Of a stretch of DNA of 64,000 nt, positions 1 to 8,520 are shown piece by piece (positions within the stretch are counted from its first letter, which is position 1; every line of letters starts with the position of its first letter). The position numbers and the translations under genes were made by a program. The stretch covers positions 14,770 through 78,769 of the forward strand of contig JAUSPV010000224.1 in NCBI GenBank assembly GCA_030652755.1. The letters are read 5' to 3'. A model generated the notes under the pieces. That model was not told the origin of the DNA and did not search any database. It saw only the letters and a list, made by a program, of their open reading frames with translations. This stretch comes from Caulobacter sp. (GTDB taxonomy: Bacteria; Pseudomonadota; Alphaproteobacteria; Caulobacterales; Caulobacteraceae).

Positions 1-152
1 TCTGGACCGACAGCCTGCCGGCCGGCGGCCAGGCCAACCCGATGGTCTACGAGCAGGACGGCAAGCAGTATCTGGTGATCATGGCCGGAGGGCACCACTT
101 CATGGAAACCCCCAACGGCGACTATGTGATCGCCTACGCCCTGCCGGGCTGA
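1..152 (+). CDS. C-terminal fragment of membrane-bound PQQ-dependent dehydrogenase (glucose/quinate/shikimate family), partial
   Basis: Frame from nt 3 reads WTDSLPAGGQANPMVYEQDGKQYLVIMAGGHHFMETPNGDYVIAYALPG*, the typical C-terminus of this family; TGA overlaps next ATG (TGATG). Confidence 0.85.
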   Translation, partial: WTDSLPAGGQANPMVYEQDGKQYLVIMAGGHHFMETPNGDYVIAYALPG

Positions 153-892
153 TGGGCGGCGTGGATCCCGACATCTGGACGCCCTACTGCGGCGTCGCCC
201 CGGCGCCGGCGAATTACCTTGAGCGCTGGAACCTCGACCCGCTGCTCCTGGGCGCGCTGCTGGGCTTGCTGCTCCTGCTTGTCTGGCGAGGGGATCCGGC
301 GCGCCGCGGGCTCGCGGCGGCGGCCGTCGCCGTGCTGGTCGTGAGTTTCGTCTCGCCGCTGTGCGCCCTGAGTTCGGCATTGTTCTCGGCGCGGACCGTG
401 CATCACGTCCTGCTGGTCGCCGCCGCGGCGCCCTTGCTGGCGTGGAGCCTGCCTGGGCGCAGGGTGGGGCCCCTGACCGTCGCCACCCTCGTCCCGGCGG
501 CGGTGTTCTGGTTCTGGCATGCGCCAGACGCCTATGCGGCCGCCCTGTCGAGCGACGGGCTGTACTGGGTGATGCAGCTCAGCCTGCTCGGCTCGGCTGT
601 CTGGTTCTGGATGGCGGTGAGGGCGGCGTCGGCGCCCGCCGCGATCGCCGCGCTTCTGGTCAGCATGGTCCTGATGGGCCTGCTCGGCGCCCTGCTCACC
701 TTCGCGGGCGCGCCGCTGTACGCGCCGCACCTGCTGACGTCCCGCGCGTTTGGTCTGGAGCCGCTGGAAGATCAGCAGATCGCCGGCCTTACCATGTGGG
801 CCCCGGCGGCGGCGGTCTACATGATCGCGGCCCTGACCGTGCTGGGTCATCGCCTTGGCCGGGATCGGAGCGGCGCGGGCAGGACCGCATGA
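152..892 (+). CDS. ctaG: Cytochrome c oxidase assembly protein, Caa3_CtaG family
   Basis: Multi-TM protein with HHVLLV, FWFWHAPDAY and DQQIAGLTMW motifs; lies in oxidase cluster. Confidence 0.8.
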   Translation: MGGVDPDIWTPYCGVAPAPANYLERWNLDPLLLGALLGLLLLLVWRGDPARRGLAAAAVAVLVVSFVSPLCALSSALFSARTVHHVLLVAAAAPLLAWSLPGRRVGPLTVATLVPAAVFWFWHAPDAYAAALSSDGLYWVMQLSLLGSAVWFWMAVRAASAPAAIAALLVSMVLMGLLGALLTFAGAPLYAPHLLTSRAFGLEPLEDQQIAGLTMWAPAAAVYMIAALTVLGHRLGRDRSGAGRTA

Positions 893-1623
893 TCGACAAG
901 CTTGTCGTCAGGGTCCTTGAGTGGGCCGCGGGCCACGCGGACGAGGGGCGTTTCTCGCCGGTCGCCATCGCCTTTCACTGGACCATGGCGGCGCTGGTGC
1001 TCTTCCAGCTGGGCTGGGGCTGGTGGATGGGTCGACTGCCGGTGGGCGGCGACAAGGTCGCGGCCTACGAGCTGCACTTTCTGATCGGCATTCTGATGCT
1101 GCTGCTGGTCGCCGGTCGCGCGGGCTGGCGGTTGCTGGCGCCCGAGGTGATCAACGACGCCGACAAACCGGGCTGGGAAAGCACGGCCGCCCGGATCACC
1201 CACTACGTCTTCTACACCTGCCTCTTCGGGCTTCCGCTCTCGGGCTGGGCGATGGTCTCGGCCACCGCCCGCGAGCAGGAGCTGACGGTTCTGGGCCTCA
1301 TCACCTGGCCGCTGCTGCCGTTCCAGACCCTGTCCAACCCCGGACTCTGGCAGGTCGAGGCCATCGCCGAGTGGCTGCACTGGGGGCTTGTCGTCAGTCT
1401 GCTGCTTATGATCCCTCTCCACATCGTCGGGGCCCTGAAGCACCAGTTCATCGACCGGGACGATGTATTCCATGGGATGCTGCCAATCGTGCCGAAGCCG
1501 CCTCGGCGGCGGACACGCTGGCAACGTCGATATCGGGCCGTGGAGAAGAAGGCAGCGTCTCTAGCCAGACGGCTATGGCGTCTATTTCCGGTTCGGTCAG
1601 GGGCGCGGCCGCGGCGGTCATGA
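889..1623 (+). CDS. Di-heme cytochrome b (cytochrome b561-like)
   Basis: Four TM helices with His ligand motifs AFHW, YELHFLIG, WLHWGL, LHIVGALKHQF; ATG at 889 overlaps ctaG stop (ATGA). Confidence 0.85.
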   Translation: MIDKLVVRVLEWAAGHADEGRFSPVAIAFHWTMAALVLFQLGWGWWMGRLPVGGDKVAAYELHFLIGILMLLLVAGRAGWRLLAPEVINDADKPGWESTAARITHYVFYTCLFGLPLSGWAMVSATAREQELTVLGLITWPLLPFQTLSNPGLWQVEAIAEWLHWGLVVSLLLMIPLHIVGALKHQFIDRDDVFHGMLPIVPKPPRRRTRWQRRYRAVEKKAASLARRLWRLFPVRSGARPRRS

Positions 1624-2185
1624 TGCCGCGCGGATCGTTGCGCCGTTCCGAGCGAAGCCAGCGCCGCAGCTGCTCGACCGTGTAGCCGGCGGGCTGTCCC
1701 GCGAGGGCGGGGTTGGCGGGGCCGACGCCCTGACCGGCCGGGCCGTGACAGACGGCGCAGGCGACCAGACCCCTGGCCGGATCTCCGGTCAGATACAGCG
1801 CCGGCCCCGGCGTCGGCGACCCGGTCGAATCCGTCACAGGGAGCGCCGCGTAGTAGGCCGCGACCGCGCGTCGGTCGTCGTGGCCAAGGCGTCTGGCGAT
1901 GGGCGTCATGATCTCGTCATGGCGCAGGTCGGCGGCATAGTCGTCGAGCTGCTTCTGCAGATAGCCCGCGTCCAGGCCGGTCAGGCGGGGCGCCCCAATG
2001 CCGTCCCCCTGGCCGTCCATGCCGTGACAACTGAAGCAGGCCTTGGCCGCCCCCGCTTCGCCACCGCTCAGGGCGATCAACTCGCCAGTGGCGGTGAAGG
2101 GGTCTCCGGTCCGGTCGGCGTCCGGATGGCAGCCAGCGGCGAGGCCGGCGGCGAGGAGCAGGAGAATGGCGGCGCGCACACCCAT
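1448..2185 (-). CDS. Di-heme cytochrome c4-like protein, probable lipoprotein
   Basis: Two CxxCH motifs (CFSCH, CAVCH), P-x-L-x-G and YL-x-x-QL c4 patterns, N-terminal signal ending LAAGC. Start may be GTG at 2179. Confidence 0.85.
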   Translation of the reverse strand: MGVRAAILLLLAAGLAAGCHPDADRTGDPFTATGELIALSGGEAGAAKACFSCHGMDGQGDGIGAPRLTGLDAGYLQKQLDDYAADLRHDEIMTPIARRLGHDDRRAVAAYYAALPVTDSTGSPTPGPALYLTGDPARGLVACAVCHGPAGQGVGPANPALAGQPAGYTVEQLRRWLRSERRNDPRGIMTAAAAPLTEPEIDAIAVWLETLPSSPRPDIDVASVSAAEAASARLAASHGIHRPGR

Positions 2186-2187
2186 TC

Positions 2188-2244
2188 AACCCTGATCAAC
2201 GCCGACGGTTCCGGCGCGGGAACCGAGGGCGGGGCCAACGGGTT
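2188..2244. promoter_or_regulatory. Back-to-back sigma-EcfG/SigT-like promoters
   Basis: Minus strand GGAAC (2212-2208)-N16-GGTT (2191-2188); plus strand GGAAC (2219-2223)-N17-GGTT (2241-2244). Each is one base off the GGAAC-N16/17-CGTT consensus. Confidence 0.5.
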
Positions 2245-2312
2245 GAGATTCAACGGCAGGCGGGGAGGCGCGAAGCCCCATCGGACAGGCGGAGCAGAGC
2301 ACCAGGACGGCT

Positions 2313-2666
2313 GTGATCGCGGCCTTGAGCCTTGTCGGCGCCTGCGCCGACAAGACCAATACTCCGCGCCTGATCGCCGGCGGCGATCCTTCGCGGGGCC
2401 TTGCCGTCATCGAGGAGGTCGGGTGCGGCGCCTGCCACGATATCCCCGGCGTCGGCTGGCCGCGCGGAACGGTAGGGGGGCCTCTGAAGGGTTTCGCCGT
2501 TCGCCCCCTCATCGCGGGCCGGTTTGCCAACCAGCCGGACACGCTGGTGACCTGGCTGAAGGACGCCCCCTCGCTGTCGCCCGCCAGCGGAATGCCGACG
2601 ATGCCGATCGCAGAGGACCAAGCCCGCGACGTCGCGGCCTACCTGTACACGCTCGATGACCATTGA
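2313..2666 (+). CDS. Mono-heme cytochrome c, probable lipoprotein
   Basis: CGACH, distal MP motif, lipobox VGAC. Start uncertain. Confidence 0.8.
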   Translation: MIAALSLVGACADKTNTPRLIAGGDPSRGLAVIEEVGCGACHDIPGVGWPRGTVGGPLKGFAVRPLIAGRFANQPDTLVTWLKDAPSLSPASGMPTMPIAEDQARDVAAYLYTLDDH

Positions 2667-3615
2667 ACGCGCCCCTGAAGGCTTCGCCGGCTGGCCGCCG
2701 CCGATCCTCGATCCGGCCGGCCCTTTCGCGGGGCCGGTCAACATCCTGTCGTGGATCCTGTTCGCCATGAGCGCGGTCGTGCTGGTTGTCGTGCTGGCGG
2801 CGCTGGCGGTGGCGTTGTTCGGACCAAAGCGCTGGCGGGTCCGGCTGGGCGGCGAGCGGCTCGTCTGGATCGGCGGTCTGGCGTTTCCGGTCGTGGTGCT
2901 CAGCGCGCTGCTGATCTATGGCCTGGGTCTCACCAGTCATCTGACCGACGATCCGCGCCCCGGCGAGGTCCGCATCAGGGTCACCGGAGAGATGTGGTGG
3001 TGGCGGGTGGCCTATCTCGACGGCGGCGGCCGCGAGGTGCTGCAGGACGCCAATGAAATCCACATCCCCGCCGGCCAGCCCGTCGTGTTCGAGCTGGAGT
3101 CGGCGGACGTCATTCACAGCTTCTGGGTGCCGCGCCTGGGCGGCAAGAAGGACATGATCCCCGGCCGGCGCAACATTTTGCGGCTGCAGGCCGATGCGCC
3201 GGGCGTGTTTGGCGGCCAGTGCGCCGAGTACTGCGGCGGGCCGCATGCGCTGATGGGTCTGGTCGTCGTCGCCCACCCGCCGGCCGAGTTCGAGGCCTGG
3301 AAGCGAAGACGGCTGGCGCCATCCCTGGCCGCCGGCCTGCCGTCACGCGGGACCGAGGTGTTCGACGCCTCGGGCTGCGGAGCCTGCCATACCGTGCGCG
3401 GGACCGCGGCCAACGGCCTCGCCGGTCCCGACCTCAGCCATGTCGGCGACCGTCGAACCCTCGGCGGCGGCATTCTTCCGACCAATCAGGGGACCCTGGC
3501 CGGCTGGATTTCCGACAGCCAGGCGATCAAGCCCGGCAACCGCATGCCCGCCTATCCCGTGCTGTCCGGCGAGGATCTGCGCGCGGTCGCGGCCTATCTC
3601 GAGAGCCTGAAATGA
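2656..3615 (+). CDS. coxB: Cytochrome c oxidase subunit II with fused C-terminal cytochrome c (caa3 type)
   Basis: MWWW loop, DVIHSFW, CuA motif CAEYCGGPHALM, C-terminal CGACH and NRMP. Confidence 0.95.
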   Translation: MTIERAPEGFAGWPPPILDPAGPFAGPVNILSWILFAMSAVVLVVVLAALAVALFGPKRWRVRLGGERLVWIGGLAFPVVVLSALLIYGLGLTSHLTDDPRPGEVRIRVTGEMWWWRVAYLDGGGREVLQDANEIHIPAGQPVVFELESADVIHSFWVPRLGGKKDMIPGRRNILRLQADAPGVFGGQCAEYCGGPHALMGLVVVAHPPAEFEAWKRRRLAPSLAAGLPSRGTEVFDASGCGACHTVRGTAANGLAGPDLSHVGDRRTLGGGILPTNQGTLAGWISDSQAIKPGNRMPAYPVLSGEDLRAVAAYLESLK

Positions 3616-6152
3616 CGTCCGAAACCGGCTTCGACCGGACGCTGTACGAGCGCTTCCCGACCACGGAGCCGCGCCCGCGGGACGAGCTGGACGAGCTCGA
3701 GGCGGTCTGGTGTCGGCCTCGCTCGACCTGGCAGTGGATGACCGCGATCAACAACAACTTCGTCGGGGTCTACTACGTCGGCGCGGCCATGCTGTTCTTC
3801 GTTCTGGCGGGGCTTCTGGCCCTGCTGATGCGGACCCAGCTGGCGTTGCCGCTGAACGGTTTCCTGCCGCAGGAGACCTACAACCAGATGTTCACCGTGC
3901 ACGGGACGGCGATGATGTTCCTGTTCGCGGTGCCGGCGGTGGAGGCGCTGGGCGTCCTGCTGTTGCCGCAGATGCTGGGCGCGAGGGATCTGCCGTTCCC
4001 GAGGCTCAGCGCCTATGCCTTCTGGGCCTATCTGATCGGCGGCCTGGCCTTCTTCTGCTCGCTGCTGTTCGGGCTGGCGCCGAGCGGCGGCTGGTTCATG
4101 TATCCGCCGCTTAGCAACATCACCTACTCGCCAGGGATCAACGCCGACTTCTGGCTGCTGGGGATCGGTTTCATCGAGATCTCGGCCATCGCCGGCGCCA
4201 TCGAGATCATCGTTGGCGTGCTGCGGACCCGCGCGCCGGGCATGACGCTCGACAAGCTGCCGGTGTTTGCCTGGGCGATGCTGATCTTCGCCTGCATGAT
4301 CATCATCGCCTTCCCGTCCATCATCCTGGCGACCACCCTGATGGAGCTGGAGCGCGCGCTCGGCTGGCCCTTCTTCGATCCGGCCCGGGGCGGGGATCCG
4401 ATGCTGTGGCAGCACCTGTTCTGGTTCTTCGGACACCCGGAGGTCTACATCATCTTCCTGCCGGCGGCGGGCGCGATGTCGACCATCGTGCCGGTGGTGG
4501 CCCAGACGCCGCTGGTCGGCCACCGGCTGGTGGTGCTGGCCATGCTCGCGACGGGCTTCATCAGCTTCGGCGTCTGGGCGCACCACATGTTCACGACCGG
4601 CATGCCGACCATCTCGACCAGCTTCTTCTCTGCGGCGTCGGCTGCAGTCTCGATCCCGGCCGGCATCCAGGTCTTCAGCTGGATCGCGACGGTCGGCTCG
4701 GGAAGGATGCGCTTCAACACGCCCGGACTGTTCGTGCTCGGCAGTCTTGTCATCTTCACCATGGGTGGTCTGACCGGGGTCATGGCCGCCATGGTCCCGT
4801 TCGACTGGCAGGTTCACGACACCTACTTCATCGTTGCGCATCTGCATTACGTGCTGATCGGCGGCATGGTCTTTCCGCTGTTCGCCGCGATCTATCACTG
4901 GATGCCCATGGTCAGCAGTCGCCCGCTCAGCGACCGGCTGGGCAAGTGGGCGTTCTGGCTGATGTTCACCGGGATGCATGCGACCTTCTTCACCATGCAC
5001 CTGACCGGCCTGATGGGCATGCCGCGGCGGGTCTATACCTACCTGCCGGGACGCGGGCTGGACCTGCCCAACCTGATATCGACGATCGGCGCCTTCCTGT
5101 TCGCGGCCGGCGTGCTGATCTGGGTGATCGACATGATCCGCAACTTCCGGCCGTTCGGCGCCCGCAACGCCGGCAATATCCATGACGCGCCCGGCCTGGA
5201 GTGGTTGCCGAACGGACTCTACTCGGTGCGCTCGATCCCGGTGGTCTCCAGCCTCTACCCCCTCTGGGACCAGAAGGGACTCGCCGGCGACGTGGAGGCC
5301 GGGCGCTACTTCCTGCCGCGCACGGCGACGGGGCATCGCGAAACCATCCTGACCAGCACCCTGAACGCCGAGCCGATCGCCCTGATGCGCCTGCCGCAAC
5401 CGTCGGGCTGGCCGCTGTGGGCGGCGCTGTTCACCGCGGGATTCTTCCTGCTGCTGACCGTGCAGGCCTACTGGCCATCGGTGGTCAGCGGCGTGCTCGC
5501 CATCTACTGCATCATGACCTGGGCATGGTCGCTCGACCGGCCCCTGCCGCAGAAGACGGTCGACATCGGGGCCGGCATCCGCGCGCCGACCTACGTGAGC
5601 GGCCCGGCGAGTCACGGCTGGTGGGCGATGGTCATCACCCTCGTTGTCGGCGGCATGGTGCTGGCCATGAGCGCCTTCAGCTATGTCTTCCTGTGGAGCC
5701 GCAACCCGCAGAGCTGGGCGCCCCCGCCGGAGGTCGCCTCGCTGGCGATGCTGCTGGCCATGAACGCCGCGGGGGTGCTGCTGGCCTGGGGCGCCTGTCG
5801 AATATTGCGAAGGGGGGGGCGAGTGCGTGCGGCGCTGGCGACCCTGCTCATGCTGCTCGCGGTCGGTCTGGTCGGCGGCGCCTGGGGCCTGGATCTGAGC
5901 GCCTGGCTTGCAACGGGCCTCGATCCCACCGTCAACGCCCAGGGGGCCACCGTCTACGCCTTCATGGCCTGGCAGGGCTTCTTCGTCTCGGTGGCGGGCC
6001 TGATGGGGCTCTTCCTGCTCCTGCGGTGGATGGCCGGCCTTGTGCGCGCCGACTGCCCCTCCACCGTCGATCTGATCGCGCTGTTCGTCGCCTACACCGC
6101 CGGGCAGGGGGCCTTCGCGGGGCTGCTGCTGCGCCTGTTCCCGGGCTCCTGA
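3612..6152 (+). CDS. ctaD: Heme-copper oxidase subunit I fused to a subunit III-like C-terminal domain
   Basis: 846 aa from ATG 3612 (ATGA overlap); TVHG, WFFGHPEVY, VWAHHMF, HDTY, AHLHY, MPRR; about 250 extra hydrophobic C-terminal residues. Confidence 0.95.
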   Translation: MTSETGFDRTLYERFPTTEPRPRDELDELEAVWCRPRSTWQWMTAINNNFVGVYYVGAAMLFFVLAGLLALLMRTQLALPLNGFLPQETYNQMFTVHGTAMMFLFAVPAVEALGVLLLPQMLGARDLPFPRLSAYAFWAYLIGGLAFFCSLLFGLAPSGGWFMYPPLSNITYSPGINADFWLLGIGFIEISAIAGAIEIIVGVLRTRAPGMTLDKLPVFAWAMLIFACMIIIAFPSIILATTLMELERALGWPFFDPARGGDPMLWQHLFWFFGHPEVYIIFLPAAGAMSTIVPVVAQTPLVGHRLVVLAMLATGFISFGVWAHHMFTTGMPTISTSFFSAASAAVSIPAGIQVFSWIATVGSGRMRFNTPGLFVLGSLVIFTMGGLTGVMAAMVPFDWQVHDTYFIVAHLHYVLIGGMVFPLFAAIYHWMPMVSSRPLSDRLGKWAFWLMFTGMHATFFTMHLTGLMGMPRRVYTYLPGRGLDLPNLISTIGAFLFAAGVLIWVIDMIRNFRPFGARNAGNIHDAPGLEWLPNGLYSVRSIPVVSSLYPLWDQKGLAGDVEAGRYFLPRTATGHRETILTSTLNAEPIALMRLPQPSGWPLWAALFTAGFFLLLTVQAYWPSVVSGVLAIYCIMTWAWSLDRPLPQKTVDIGAGIRAPTYVSGPASHGWWAMVITLVVGGMVLAMSAFSYVFLWSRNPQSWAPPPEVASLAMLLAMNAAGVLLAWGACRILRRGGRVRAALATLLMLLAVGLVGGAWGLDLSAWLATGLDPTVNAQGATVYAFMAWQGFFVSVAGLMGLFLLLRWMAGLVRADCPSTVDLIALFVAYTAGQGAFAGLLLRLFPGS

Positions 6153-6153
6153 C

Positions 6154-6468
6154 ATGCGACGCTGGATATTCACCCTGGGCGGTCTGCTTCTCTGGGCGGT
6201 CCACTTCGTCGGCGTCTACGCCATCGCCAGCCTGGCCGACACCGTCAGCACCGCCGACGCGGTCGGCTGGCGCATGGCGGCGCTGGCCTTCAGCGGCCTG
6301 TGCCTGCTGGCCGTTCTCCTGCACCTGCTCCTGGCGGTCAGGCGCCTGGCGTCGCCCTCCGCAAGCGGAGCCGCCGATCATTTCATGAGCCAGGTGGCCG
6401 CCATGGGCTCGGCCTTGGCGCTTCTGGCCATACTCTGGCAGACCTTGCCGACGCTGATCGGCTACTGA
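6154..6468 (+). CDS. Small membrane protein, probable accessory oxidase subunit
   Basis: 104 aa, three hydrophobic segments, begins 1 nt after subunit I stop. Confidence 0.65.
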   Translation: MRRWIFTLGGLLLWAVHFVGVYAIASLADTVSTADAVGWRMAALAFSGLCLLAVLLHLLLAVRRLASPSASGAADHFMSQVAAMGSALALLAILWQTLPTLIGY

Positions 6469-6643
6469 CCAGCGTCGCGGGGATCGAGCGAGACGCGGGC
6501 CTCGCAGCGCCGAGGCCAGTCGCGCCCGACCCTTCCCTCGGGCCCGTCACGGCGGCAGGCGCCGGATGTCGTCAGACGCGCTGTCGTCGCGGGGCGAACC
6601 CGCATAGGGTTGGCCCGATCAACCGTTCGACAGGAGTACCCCC

Positions 6644-8464
6644 ATGCGGCTTTCGCGGCGCGACTTCGGATTTGGACTTGCGGCGACGGCGGTCGCGGCC
6701 CCGGCCGCCCGGGCGGCGACCCCCGCCGCCGGCCATGACCAGCAGCTTACCGCCTACCTCGACCAGGCCTTCGAGCAGGAGCTGGCGATGGAGCCGGAGC
6801 GGCTCACCCGGCTGGGCCGCAAGACGCTGAACGACCGCTTCACGGATCGATCAGACGCCGGCCGGCTGCAAAGGCTTGAGTGGCGTCGGCGCAACGTGGC
6901 CGAGATGAAGCGTCGGTTCGATCCGGCGAAGCTCGGCGAGGACGCCCGGACCTCCTGGGACATGTGGGTTCTGGAGCTTGAGCGCGAAGAGGCCGACTAC
7001 CGCTGGCGGGATCACGCCTACGTCTTCGGGCGGAACGGCGCGCATACCGCGCTGCCCGGCTTCATGATCAACACCCACAAGGTGGACAGTCTGGCCGACA
7101 TGGAGGCCTACATCGTCCGCGTCGCGGCGATCGGCCCGACGCTGGATGGGGAGCGCGGCAGGGCCGAGCGCGCCGCCGCCGCCGGGGTGCGGATGCCGCG
7201 CTTCGCCTATGATCAGTCCATCGAGGAAGTGCGGCGGCTGGGCGTCGGCGCGCCGTTCGGCGAGGCGCCTGACGCGGCGCTGTTCGCGGACGCCAAGGGC
7301 AAGATCGCGGCGCTGCGCGCCGCGGGCGCGATCGACGACGCGCAGGCCACGCGGCTGACGGACGCTGTCGCCGGCGCCATGACCGCCAGGATGAAGCCCG
7401 CCTACGACCGGCTGGGCGCCTGGCTGGTCGCCGACCGGGAGAAGGCGTCGGCCGAGCCCCAGGGCGCGGGGGCGCTGCCCGACGGCGCGGCCTTCTACAA
7501 CGCCATGCTGCGGCTGCAGACCACCACGGACATGTCGGCCGACGAGATCCATGCGCTGGGCCTTGCCGAGGTGACGCGGATCCGCGCCGAGATGGAGACG
7601 CTCAAAGGCAAGATCGGGTTTGCCGGCACGCTGGAGGAGTTCTTCGTCTTCATGCGCACCGACGACCGCTTCTACGTGTCCGACGACGACGCCGGCCGGG
7701 CGCGCTACCTCAAGCTGGCCGAGGACTATCTGGCGGCGATGAAAGCCAGGCTGCCGCAGTACTTCGGTCGGGTGCCCCGGTCGGACCTGGTCGTCAAGGC
7801 GGTGGAGGCCTATCGCGCCGAGCCGGGCGGGGCGGCGCACTACAACTCCGGCTCCCTGGCGGCGGGACGCCCGGGCGTCTTCTACGTCCATCTGGCTGAC
7901 ACCCGCGCGACGCCGACCTATGAGATCGAGGGCACGGCCTATCACGAGGGCTGGCCGGGCCATCACATGCAGATTTCGCTGGCCCAGGAGATGACCGGGC
8001 TCCCGACCTTCCGCACGCAGTCGGGCTACGGGGCCTATGTCGAGGGCTGGGGTCTGTACGTCGAGCGGCTGGCCAAGGAGATCGGCTTCTACGAGGACGA
8101 GTACAGCGACTTCGGCCGGCTGGGGCGCGAGATCTGGCGGGCGATCCGACTGGTGGTCGACACCGGCATTCACGCCAAGGGCTGGAGCGAGGCGCAGGCC
8201 CTGGCCTTCTACACCGCCAACTCGCCGCAACCGGTCGCCAAGATCCGGTCCGAAATCCGCCGGTACTTCGTCATGCCGGGGCAGGCCACGTCCTACAAGG
8301 TGGGCATGGTCAGGATCCTGGCCCTGCGCGAGCAGGCGCGTGAGGCGCTGGGCGCCCGGTTCGATCTGCGCGCGTTCCACGATGTGGTGCTGGGAGCCGG
8401 GGCGCTGCCGCTGCCTGTGCTGCAGGCCCGCGTCGATCGTTGGGTGGCCCGGCAGGCGGCCTGA
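6644..8464 (+). CDS. DUF885 family protein with Tat signal, probable metallopeptidase
   Basis: SRRDF twin-arginine signal; YHEGWPGHHMQ, EGWGLY, RAIRLVVDTG and PGQATSYKVG motifs; SD AGGAG upstream. Confidence 0.9.
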   Translation: MRLSRRDFGFGLAATAVAAPAARAATPAAGHDQQLTAYLDQAFEQELAMEPERLTRLGRKTLNDRFTDRSDAGRLQRLEWRRRNVAEMKRRFDPAKLGEDARTSWDMWVLELEREEADYRWRDHAYVFGRNGAHTALPGFMINTHKVDSLADMEAYIVRVAAIGPTLDGERGRAERAAAAGVRMPRFAYDQSIEEVRRLGVGAPFGEAPDAALFADAKGKIAALRAAGAIDDAQATRLTDAVAGAMTARMKPAYDRLGAWLVADREKASAEPQGAGALPDGAAFYNAMLRLQTTTDMSADEIHALGLAEVTRIRAEMETLKGKIGFAGTLEEFFVFMRTDDRFYVSDDDAGRARYLKLAEDYLAAMKARLPQYFGRVPRSDLVVKAVEAYRAEPGGAAHYNSGSLAAGRPGVFYVHLADTRATPTYEIEGTAYHEGWPGHHMQISLAQEMTGLPTFRTQSGYGAYVEGWGLYVERLAKEIGFYEDEYSDFGRLGREIWRAIRLVVDTGIHAKGWSEAQALAFYTANSPQPVAKIRSEIRRYFVMPGQATSYKVGMVRILALREQAREALGARFDLRAFHDVVLGAGALPLPVLQARVDRWVARQAA

Positions 8465-8520
8465 GGCGGCGTCAGTGAGCGTGGCGCGCGAGGCTTTGAG
8501 GGCCACGCGCGCCACCCCAG

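Noticed and set aside
3612-6152. Subunit I as a nitric oxide reductase
   Set aside because: The HPEVY tyrosine and three CuB histidines are intact and there is a CuA subunit II; NOR-type Glu ligands near the active site are not evident.
3594-6173. 859-aa minus-strand ORF
   Set aside because: Antisense shadow of the oxidase gene, expected from high-GC codon bias; no recognisable motifs.
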